Positions 1 to 6,517 of a stretch of DNA of 9,054 nucleotides are shown one piece after another. A program made the position numbers and the translations under genes. The DNA is from a virus (lineage: Duplodnaviria; Heunggongvirae; Uroviricota; Caudoviricetes): positions 1 through 9,054 of the IMG/VR virus record IMGVR_UViG_2778261179_000015, one strand, 5' to 3'. The number at the start of each line of letters is the position of its first letter. Within the stretch, counting starts at the first letter, position 1. The notes beneath the pieces were generated by a model. That model was not told where the DNA came from, did no database searches, and worked only from the letters and a program-made list of their open reading frames with translations.

Positions 1-1239
1 ATGAGCAGCGCAATTCATAGACTTAGCGACACTCTTTTACGAAAATTAAGCGGATCACCAACCACAAAAAACGCCTTTTTTAATGACGGTGGCAATCTTA
101 GCGTAAGACATTCCACCAGCGGCCTGTTAACCTGGTATTTCACTTACAGGGCCGGAACTGGCAGGCAGGTATCACCGGAACGCCTGAGACTGGGCAACTA
201 TCCCGATCTGAGCCTGAAAGCAGCCAGGGAAAAAGCGGCACAGTGTCGCGCCTGGCTGGCGGAGGGGAAAAATCCACGCCATGAGCTTAATCACACAGTG
301 CAGGAAGCGTTAGCCCCCGTGACGGTTAAGGACGCGCTCACTTACTGGCTTGAGTCGTATGCGAAGGAAAAGCGCACTGACCACGAATCACTGAAAAGCC
401 GTATCAATAAGCACATAATCAGCCAGATTGGTGCTATGCCGCTGGATAAATGCGAGCTACGCCACTGGCTGGCCTGTTTTGACCAGCTTGCTAAGCGTAA
501 TCCGGTATCAGCCGGCTTTTTGTTGCAGGTATGCAAACAGGCGCTTAAGTACTGCCGTAAACGTCGCTACGCCGTCAGTAACGTTCTTGATGATATGGTC
601 GTAGGTGATGTGGGAAAAAAAGCAGAAATAAGCGAGCGAGTGCTAACAAACAAGGAGCTTGGCGAGCTACTCCGCGCACTGGATGAAAAAATTTTCCCGC
701 CGTACTACAGCGCTTTAATTCGCCTTCTGATTGTCTTCGGATGCCGTACCACTGAGCTAAGACGCTCCGAGGTTCGGGAATGGGATTTTAAAGAAATGCT
801 CTGGACTGTGCCGAAAGAACACAGCAAAACGAAGGTAGCAATATTCAGGCCAATACCGGAAGCGATCTTGCCGTTCGTCATGAAGCTGGTGGAGCAGAAC
901 AGGCACACGGGCTTATTGCTTGGAGAACTGAAAGGGCAATCATCCGTAGCAGAGTACGGAAGAACGGCACACAGACGCATTAATCAAGCCCCCTGGTCGT
1001 TGCACGACATCCGGCACACATTTACAACCATGCTGAACGATTTAGGCGTGGATCCGCATATTGTCGAACAGCTTACTGCCCACCAGATGCCAGGAATGCA
1101 ACGCGTCTATAACCACTCCCGTTATCTCGATGCAAAGCGTGACGCTCTTAATCTATGGGTAGACCGTCTCGAGCTTCTCCAGAACAATGATGAAAAAATC
1201 GTTGTTATGACCCCGCGAATTTACCCCCAAAATTCTTGA
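1..1239 (+). CDS. int: Tyrosine integrase, P4-type (N-terminal arm-binding domain plus catalytic domain)
   Basis: 412-aa ORF. The N-terminal segment (LTWYFTYRAGTGRQVSPERLRLGNYPDLSLKAAREKAAQCRAWLAEGKNP) matches the pattern of P4-family integrase N-terminal domains. The C-terminus carries the tyrosine-recombinase motifs HDIRHTF and VYNHSRYLD with the catalytic Tyr. The ATG sits at window position 1, so upstream att/tRNA context is not visible. Confidence 0.9.
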   Translation: MSSAIHRLSDTLLRKLSGSPTTKNAFFNDGGNLSVRHSTSGLLTWYFTYRAGTGRQVSPERLRLGNYPDLSLKAAREKAAQCRAWLAEGKNPRHELNHTVQEALAPVTVKDALTYWLESYAKEKRTDHESLKSRINKHIISQIGAMPLDKCELRHWLACFDQLAKRNPVSAGFLLQVCKQALKYCRKRRYAVSNVLDDMVVGDVGKKAEISERVLTNKELGELLRALDEKIFPPYYSALIRLLIVFGCRTTELRRSEVREWDFKEMLWTVPKEHSKTKVAIFRPIPEAILPFVMKLVEQNRHTGLLLGELKGQSSVAEYGRTAHRRINQAPWSLHDIRHTFTTMLNDLGVDPHIVEQLTAHQMPGMQRVYNHSRYLDAKRDALNLWVDRLELLQNNDEKIVVMTPRIYPQNS

Positions 1240-1280
1240 CAAATTACGGCTGTTTTTTCTTTAAGAGATTACAGCCGTGA

Positions 1281-1320
1281 ATAGATCTTAGAATATCGGG
1301 GAATATCTGCAAATATCTTC
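1281..1320. repeat. Tandem 10-bp direct repeats (RAATATC core) in the int-alpA intergenic region; possible regulator binding sites
   Basis: gaatatcggg / gaatatctgc / aaatatcttc at 1291, 1301 and 1311, preceded by a degenerate copy atagatctta at 1281. The 10-bp phasing puts the sites on one helix face. They lie in a 420-bp AT-rich intergenic region. Confidence 0.35.
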
Positions 1321-1660
1321 TCTTTATATGTGTCAACTATCGAAAAAAATTGAAATGTCTTCTTCTGAACTTTTATTCTCTGTTTCTTGATTGTTCCAAC
1401 ACTTGATGGTTTATCTATTTGTTTTTAATGAGATAATTCAAGCGTAATGCCAAGTAACGACATTTTTTGTTGCATCGCTTAAAAACTCGTGACACGATTT
1501 TAAACACTAACGAGCTTCTACGAACCTTAGCGAACAAAGCCTTTAGCAAGGTTGTGTTTTTAATTTAAGAGGTGAAAAAAGAATCTAAGTAATATCCGAT
1601 CTCATATATCTACAGCTAAGAGAAAAGTTTATATACGTAATTTTTTATGTAGGTTTTTGT

Positions 1661-1870
1661 ATGCGTGAAATAAATGAAGATCGCGTAATCCGTGAGGATG
1701 AATGTCGTAAGTTAACTGGAGTGTGTCGCACTACACGCTATGAACTGGAGAAAAAAGGGAATTTCCCGTCACGCCGTAATCTGGGCGGTCGTTCTGTAGG
1801 TTGGCTGCTGTCCGAGGTTATGGAATGGGTTAAAAGCCGGGATCGCATTAATTCAGGCAAGGCAGCGTAA
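1661..1870 (+). CDS. alpA: AlpA-family transcriptional regulator / excisionase-like HTH protein
   Basis: 69-aa ORF. The sequence ECRKLTGVCRTTRYELEKKGNFPSRRNLGGRSVGWLLSEVMEWV fits the AlpA (CP4-57 regulatory protein) HTH pattern, and its position just downstream of a P4-type integrase is typical. A weak SD (agg) lies 7 nt upstream of the ATG. Confidence 0.85.
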   Translation: MREINEDRVIREDECRKLTGVCRTTRYELEKKGNFPSRRNLGGRSVGWLLSEVMEWVKSRDRINSGKAA

Positions 1871-1885
1871 AGGGGGGCATATGAC

Positions 1886-1920
1886 ACATAAAACAAAGGC
1901 GACCCGGATCAGAGGTCGCC
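1886..1920 (-). terminator. Putative intrinsic terminator for the minus-strand RHH gene
   Basis: Perfect 7-bp stem GGCGACC (1898-1904) / GGTCGCC (1914-1920) with a 9-nt loop. On the minus strand it is followed by TTTGTTTTATGTG. It sits in the gap between the convergent alpA and RHH genes. Confidence 0.45.
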
Positions 1921-2011
1921 AGTGGGAATACACTAAACATAAGCCCAGCCATCATAGCGATTTGCTGGCTGGTGGGCAATGTGATCAGTGTGCTGGCTTG
2001 CTGGTTGGCTG

Positions 2012-2185
2012 TCAGCCTTTGGGCTCGATACCGCGCTGTTGTAATTCTTTGCGGAGTATTCGTTTAATCCAAGTAGCTAATGAGGTGTCGCCGTCTGCCT
2101 TGGCTGCTTCCTCAAGTTGCGCTCTAAATTCTTCTGGTAGTCGCATTTGGTATGGTGGCGATCGTTTCTCTAATGGTGTTGACAT
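2012..2185 (-). CDS. Arc/MetJ-type ribbon-helix-helix DNA-binding protein (putative element repressor)
   Basis: Hand-translated minus-strand ORF of 57 aa: MSTPLEKRSPPYQMRLPEEFRAQLEEAAKADGDTSLATWIKRILRKELQQRGIEPKG. It is below the length cutoff of the ORF track. The segment PYQMRLPEEFRAQLEEAAKADG has the beta-strand/helix signature of Arc-family RHH proteins. SD AAGGG lies 8 nt upstream, an in-frame stop lies immediately upstream of the ATG, and the start codon abuts a palindromic operator. Confidence 0.75.
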   Translation of the reverse strand: MSTPLEKRSPPYQMRLPEEFRAQLEEAAKADGDTSLATWIKRILRKELQQRGIEPKG

Positions 2186-2225
2186 GGTAATTACCCTTAA
2201 TTACTATAGTTACATGGTAATTACC
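2182..2225. promoter_or_regulatory. Divergent promoter/operator region: two copies of the palindrome GGTAATTACC in a 14-bp direct repeat, flanking the palindrome ACTATAGT
   Basis: ACATGGTAATTACC occurs at 2182-2195 and 2212-2225, 30 bp centre to centre. Each copy contains the perfect 10-bp palindrome GGTAATTACC. ACTATAGT (2203-2210) is itself palindromic and includes a TATAGT -10-like hexamer. TTACCATT half-site repeats follow at 2221-2240. The region lies between the RHH gene start and the downstream + operon. Confidence 0.55.
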
Positions 2226-2321
2226 ATTGTACTTACCATTACACAAAAAACAACGCCCCGCACTGTAGGAGCAGTAACGGGGCGTCTAACCACCAACGAT
2301 AGCAGAAGTATCGAGGTCGCT

Positions 2322-2525
2322 ATGAGAAATCATACCACACACCCGCAAGGGCGGGATTCGCACAACCTGAATAAATACATCTGGCGTTTTATCGCCCTGA
2401 GCACGGCACAACCGCGCGTGATTACCATTGAGGCCAGCAGCGAACAGGAAGCACGCCAGCAATCCCCGGCTGGCTGCGTGATGGTATTCGCCGCCCGTAT
2501 TCGTCAGGGGGTATGCCATGCCTGA
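2322..2525 (+). CDS. Small protein, possibly Icd-like (host cell division inhibitor family); first gene of the early/replication operon
   Basis: 68-aa ORF taken from the in-frame ATG at 2322 inside the 1881-2525 ORF-track entry. SD GAGG lies 5 nt upstream. Its stop overlaps the next start (ATGCCTGA). The family assignment is a recollection of small proteins annotated Icd-like beside alpA in P4-like prophages and was not verified. Confidence 0.45.
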   Translation: MRNHTTHPQGRDSHNLNKYIWRFIALSTAQPRVITIEASSEQEARQQSPAGCVMVFAARIRQGVCHA

Positions 2526-2838
2526 TATGTCAAATTACCAGTACCTGATTAATCCGCATTTTAACTGTGAGCATGATATTGCTAAAAAGGTTTATTCCGC
2601 TGCGGATGGGGCTACTGACAATATATCAATGGCTGTTGCGTCAATTGGTAGCCTGATGTGGCATGCGTCAGAAAATAAGGACTATGACGAAAAGGCTATG
2701 CGCATTGATATGGGTAATATCGGTTTGTTACTGGCAATGCTTGGGCAGTTTGATATTTCGTTACGGTGCACCATTGAAAATGCCACAGATGCATTAAATG
2801 CCATAAAGAAAGCGAATACTGATTCAAATCGGGGATAA
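2518..2838 (+). CDS. Hypothetical protein (106 aa), function unknown
   Basis: Strong SD AGGGGG 6 nt upstream. Translationally coupled to the upstream gene by an 8-nt overlap. No recognisable motif. Confidence 0.6.
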   Translation: MPDMSNYQYLINPHFNCEHDIAKKVYSAADGATDNISMAVASIGSLMWHASENKDYDEKAMRIDMGNIGLLLAMLGQFDISLRCTIENATDALNAIKKANTDSNRG

Positions 2839-2844
2839 ATAATC

Positions 2845-3144
2845 ATGAGAACATATTTATCTGGCTTGACTGCCAGCGGTTATGCACACCCCAAAATTAT
2901 CCCCGGCGCTATTTATCTGGATAAGAACGGTAACAGAGTAACGGTAAAAGAACTGATGTTTGACCGTGTGTATTTTATTCGTGATGGCTATTCATTTCAT
3001 AGTTCGCTGAACGTGGAGATCTTTATTAGCAGATTCAGGCGGGAAATCCCGCTTTCCAGAAATAACCATGTGTCACGTGTGGATGTGGATAAAAAACTAC
3101 AGGAACTGAAAAACATGATTGCCGCGTGGAGAGAGCAGAAATGA
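2845..3144 (+). CDS. Hypothetical protein (99 aa), function unknown
   Basis: SD GGGGA upstream. Its stop overlaps the replication gene start in an ATGA arrangement. No recognisable motif. Confidence 0.6.
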   Translation: MRTYLSGLTASGYAHPKIIPGAIYLDKNGNRVTVKELMFDRVYFIRDGYSFHSSLNVEIFISRFRREIPLSRNNHVSRVDVDKKLQELKNMIAAWREQK

Positions 3145-5264
3145 AAAAAGCGCCAAATTTAAAACACCAGCCGCGTGACAAAATGACGGAAGTCATCATT
3201 TTTGCGGGTAGTGATGCGTGGGCACATGCGAAACAGTGGCAGGAACAGGACGGGCGACTGGCTGGCGATAACGTGCCACCTGTCTGGCTTGGAGAGCAAC
3301 AACTTGCCGAACTGGACAACCTGCAAATCGTACCGGACGGACGCTATCGCGTGCGTCTCTATCAGGCGGGGTTATTGCGTCCGGGGCTTGTTAATACCAT
3401 CGGGCAGAAACTGGCAGTGGCAGGTGTCAGGGATGCTGATTATTACCCTGAAGGAATGCACAGCCAGAAACGGGAGAACTGGCGCGAATATCTGGAACGT
3501 GAACGGGCAGAGCAGGCGGAAAAGAAAAAGGTAGTTGAACTGCCTGTAAAGAAAAAAGAGCCATGCTATCAGGATGATGAATTAAAGCCCCGCGTTGAAA
3601 GTCGCGTCGATGGTGTTTTCTGGGTAACGCCCAAAGTGGATAAGCAGTCAGGCGAAATTATCCGGCCTGAGACGTGGTTATGTTCTCCGCTTGAACTACT
3701 GGGAACGGGGACGATCGGTAAAGAACATTACCGCGTGATGCGCTGGAAAAAATCAGCAAACCATGAAGTCATCACAATGGCGATCCCGTGTGGTGGCATT
3801 GGCGACCGTGACGGCTGGCGGTTACTTAAAGATCACGGGCTGAACGTGACAACCAACGGCAAATACAGGGCAATCCTGGCGGACTGGATGCAGTTAAGCG
3901 GAAGCCATGAGGAATGGCAGTTAAGCACAACAACGGGCTGGCATTTTGGCGCGTACATCATGCCGGACGGTTCGATCATTGGTGATTCTGAAAAACCGAT
4001 CCTGTTTACCGGAAAAAGCGCCGCGATTAACGGTTATTCCGTGGCGGGTACGGCGGAGGGCTGGCGCGAGAGTGTGGCGCGGCTGGCTGGCGGTAATGCC
4101 TCAATGATGCTGGGTGTGGCAACGTCACTGGCAGCGCCTTTAATTGGCCTTGTGGGTGCTGACGGCTTCGGGGTGCATCTTTTCGAACAGTCATCGGCAG
4201 GTAAGACCACCACGCAGAACATCGCATCAAGTTTATGGGGAGAGCCGGACGCACAACGGCTTACCTGGTACGGAACGGCGTTAGGTATCGCCAACGAGGC
4301 AGAGGCGCACAACGACGGGCTGTTACCCCTGGATGAAATAGGCCAGGCCGGAAACGCGCGGGAGGTGTCCACGTCAGCCTATACGTTGTTTAACGGCTCC
4401 GGGAAATTACAGGGGGCGAAGGACGGCGGCAACCGGGAGATAAAACACTGGCGCACGGTGGCAATCAGCACCGGAGAAATGGACGTTGAGACATTCCTCA
4501 AAACGGAGGGGATAAAAGTCAAAGCGGGGCAGCTTGTCCGCCTGCTTAACGTTCCGATGGAAAAAGCCACGCACTTTCACGAATACAGCACCGGAAAGGC
4601 GCACGCAGACGCGTTAAAGGATGCCTGGACAGAAAATCACGGGGCAGCGGGTCGTGAGTGGGTTAAATGGCTGGCAGGCCACCAGCAGGAGGCAAAGGAT
4701 ACGGTAAGGGAATGCCGCGAACGGTGGCGCAACCTGATACCGGAGAGCTACGGCGAGCAGGTCCACCGCGTGGGTGAGCGTTTCGCCATACTGGAGGCCG
4801 CGCTTGTGCTTTCCGGTCATGTAACTGGCTGGGCCGCGCAGGAATGCCGGGACGCAATACAGCATAACTTTAATGCCTGGGTGAAGGAGTTCGGCACGGG
4901 TAACAGGGAATTTAAACAGATGGTTGAACAGGCTGAGGCGTTTTTGTCGTCGTTCGGGTTCAGTCGATACCTTCCTTACCCAAACAGTGATGAACGTGAT
5001 TTACCGATTAAAGACCTTGCCGGATACAGAAAGGGGAGTATCAGAAATGAAGATGATGAGTTCCGTTTTTACACGTTTCCTCATGTGTTTGAGGGGGAGA
5101 TCGCACAGGGATTTAACCCGTCCCACTTTGCCCGCGCGTTGAGTGCTGCCGGAATGCTGGAAGCGGGTAACGATCGCCGTTACAAGAAAAAGGCTCTCGG
5201 CAAAATTGGGGGGAAGCAGCATGTTTTTTACGTGCTGATGTTCCAGCCTGAGGCAGAAGATTAA
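3141..5264 (+). CDS. Replication initiator, putative primase/helicase-type P-loop NTPase (Pri-Rep-like)
   Basis: About 707 aa from the ATG at 3141, with SD GGAGAG 7 nt upstream. The ORF track begins at a GTG at 3126. Walker A motif EQSSAGKTTTQN and Walker B-like motif GLLPLDEIG are present. Size, position after alpA and before an iteron array match satellite replication proteins. Confidence 0.8.
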   Translation: MKKAPNLKHQPRDKMTEVIIFAGSDAWAHAKQWQEQDGRLAGDNVPPVWLGEQQLAELDNLQIVPDGRYRVRLYQAGLLRPGLVNTIGQKLAVAGVRDADYYPEGMHSQKRENWREYLERERAEQAEKKKVVELPVKKKEPCYQDDELKPRVESRVDGVFWVTPKVDKQSGEIIRPETWLCSPLELLGTGTIGKEHYRVMRWKKSANHEVITMAIPCGGIGDRDGWRLLKDHGLNVTTNGKYRAILADWMQLSGSHEEWQLSTTTGWHFGAYIMPDGSIIGDSEKPILFTGKSAAINGYSVAGTAEGWRESVARLAGGNASMMLGVATSLAAPLIGLVGADGFGVHLFEQSSAGKTTTQNIASSLWGEPDAQRLTWYGTALGIANEAEAHNDGLLPLDEIGQAGNAREVSTSAYTLFNGSGKLQGAKDGGNREIKHWRTVAISTGEMDVETFLKTEGIKVKAGQLVRLLNVPMEKATHFHEYSTGKAHADALKDAWTENHGAAGREWVKWLAGHQQEAKDTVRECRERWRNLIPESYGEQVHRVGERFAILEAALVLSGHVTGWAAQECRDAIQHNFNAWVKEFGTGNREFKQMVEQAEAFLSSFGFSRYLPYPNSDERDLPIKDLAGYRKGSIRNEDDEFRFYTFPHVFEGEIAQGFNPSHFARALSAAGMLEAGNDRRYKKKALGKIGGKQHVFYVLMFQPEAED

Positions 5265-5287
5265 CCCCCTGTGTGAGGTGAAAAGTT

Positions 5288-5602
5288 GCGGGTTATGCGG
5301 GTTACTCTGTGTATAAGTGCATTAACTGCATGAATAAAAAGGAAATCAATAACCCGCACGTAACCCGCAAAACGGCAGTTATAACCCGCAAAAGTGCGAT
5401 TATAACCCGCAGATGAATAACAGGAAGTGACAGCAAACAGCCACGCGTAACCCGCAGAAAAAACCCCGTTTGCGGGTTATTTTGAGCATTTTGCGGGTTA
5501 CGCCACGGCTAAACAGTAAACAGTTAATTTTGTAATGTATTGATATTAAGGAATAAAAAATACTTAGCAAGCGAAGATAACCCGCTAACCCGCATAACCC
5601 GC
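5288..5602. repeat. Replication origin: array of about 12 iterons (R)TAACCCGC / GCGGGTTA(Y) flanking AT-rich segments
   Basis: GCGGGTTA orientation at 5288-5296, 5297-5305, 5472-5480 and 5493-5501. TAACCCGC orientation at 5349-5357, 5361-5368, 5381-5389, 5402-5410, 5447-5455, 5577-5585, 5586-5593 and 5594-5602. AT-rich stretches lie at 5505-5576 and 5607-5626. The array starts immediately downstream of the replication gene stop. Confidence 0.75.
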
Positions 5603-5644
5603 ACTGTTTTGTATATATATATACGAAAAATTGAGATCTGAACT

Positions 5645-5887
5645 ATGAAGGCAAACCGCAAACAACCACACTACCGCGCTATTGACCTTACAGAGCACTG
5701 GCTGAGAGTGGCGATAAAAATCATCGACCGAAACACGGGGGAAGGATATGCAAAAGCACATCCCGAACTGATAAGCGCATTCATGACAACGGCAGCTGCA
5801 AACTTTGCCACGTTGACAGAACGGGAGATTGCCGAAGCGGAACAGGTGACAACCATCAACGTTAAAACCGGAGAGCAGACAGCATGA
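5645..5887 (+). CDS. Hypothetical protein (80 aa), function unknown; co-operonic with ssb
   Basis: ORF directly after the origin. Its stop overlaps the ssb start (ATGA at 5884-5887). No recognisable motif. Confidence 0.5.
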   Translation: MKANRKQPHYRAIDLTEHWLRVAIKIIDRNTGEGYAKAHPELISAFMTTAAANFATLTEREIAEAEQVTTINVKTGEQTA

Positions 5888-6306
5888 CAGCACAGATAGC
5901 GGCTTACGGACGGCTGGTGGCTGACCCGCAGTTAAAGACCACCAGCAAGGGTACACAAATGGCGATGGCTAGTATGGCGGTCCCCCTTCCGTGCAGCCAG
6001 GCAGATGACGGAACGGCGATGATGTGGTTATCCGTCCTGGCGTTTGGCAGACAGGCCGACGCACTGGCAAAACACCACAAAGGCGAACTGGTGAGCGTGG
6101 CGGGTAACATGCAGGTAAGCCAGTGGACAGGCCAGAACGGCGAAACGCGGCAGGGCTGGCAGGTTATCGCAGACAGCGTGATCAGTGCGCGAACAGCGCG
6201 ACCGGGCGGCAAAAAAGGCCAGCAGGGGCAGGCCACTGACGCACTGAACAGGGCAAAACAACAGTCGGGGAATGATGATCCGTACGGCGATAATATACCG
6301 TTTTAA
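5884..6306 (+). CDS. ssb: Single-stranded DNA-binding protein (SSB) homolog
   Basis: 140 aa. The OB-fold core aligns by eye with E. coli SSB (IAAYGRLVADPQLKTTSKGTQMAMASMAV and WLSVLAFGRQADALAKHHKGELVSVAGNMQVSQWTGQNGETRQGWQV). A Gly/Gln-rich linker is followed by the C-terminal tip DDPYGDNIPF, resembling the SSB acidic tail ending DDDIPF. Confidence 0.8.
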   Translation: MTAQIAAYGRLVADPQLKTTSKGTQMAMASMAVPLPCSQADDGTAMMWLSVLAFGRQADALAKHHKGELVSVAGNMQVSQWTGQNGETRQGWQVIADSVISARTARPGGKKGQQGQATDALNRAKQQSGNDDPYGDNIPF

Positions 6307-6323
6307 ATTCTGCAAACAAAAAG

Positions 6324-6352
6324 ATGCCGGAAAAAAATAGATTTTCCGGCAT
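6324..6352. terminator. Stem-loop at the end of the ssb operon (possible terminator; the T-tract is on the minus strand)
   Basis: ATGCCGGAAAA (6324-6334) pairs with TTTTCCGGCAT (6342-6352) around a 7-nt loop. The plus strand has an A-tract before and no U-tract after. The minus strand has CTTTTTGTTTG after the stem. It separates the replication module from the capsid module. Confidence 0.4.
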
Positions 6353-6517
6353 GCTACATAAATCCCGACCAAAGGAAGTAAATACATTAACACGAATTAT
6401 CAGCACTGAAGTTGTCACGGCATATTTTATACAACATTGCACTTGGTTGCATGTATTCGCATAGCAGACATCGGTAATAGAATATATTCACAATTATTTG
6501 TAATGAATGTAAAGAGG

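Noticed and set aside
1246-1278. Inverted repeat ACGGCTGT / ACAGCCGT just after the int stop, considered as an int terminator
   Set aside because: It has a 17-nt loop and no downstream T-tract on either strand, which is too weak to call. It may be a protein-binding dyad, but nothing supports that from the sequence alone.
2012-2185. RHH protein considered as the antitoxin of a toxin-antitoxin pair
   Set aside because: No toxin-sized ORF is co-directional and adjacent. Only 140 bp of non-coding DNA with a terminator hairpin follows the gene. The operator-abutting arrangement fits a stand-alone repressor better.
1881-2525. 214-aa + strand ORF from the six-frame track
   Set aside because: The translation is Cys-rich, low-complexity and implausible. 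It spans the operator palindromes and the opposite-strand RHH gene. Its ATG is only 3 nt from the G-run that would serve as SD. The region is better explained by the minus-strand RHH gene (2012-2185) plus a short + gene starting at 2322.
3126-3140. GTG at 3126 as the start of the replication gene
   Set aside because: The ATG at 3141 has a well-placed SD (GGAGAG, 7-nt spacing) and gives an ATGA overlap with the upstream gene. The GTG start has no SD.
3035-5222. Multiple minus-strand and alternate-frame ORFs (61-112 aa) inside the replication initiator gene
   Set aside because: These are shadow ORFs in a GC-rich coding region. The translations are Pro/Arg/Ala-rich with no motifs, and they sit fully inside a long ORF that has Walker motifs.
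5288-5602. Short repeat array considered as a possible CRISPR array
   Set aside because: The repeats are only 8-9 bp, occur in both orientations, and have irregular short spacers (2-45 bp). There is no leader or cas context. The arrangement fits replication-origin iterons.
6437-6517. ORF-track start at 6437 for the capsid gene
   Set aside because: The upstream extension has no lambda gpE counterpart and no SD. The ATG at 6518 follows AAGAGG and begins MSM, like lambda gpE.
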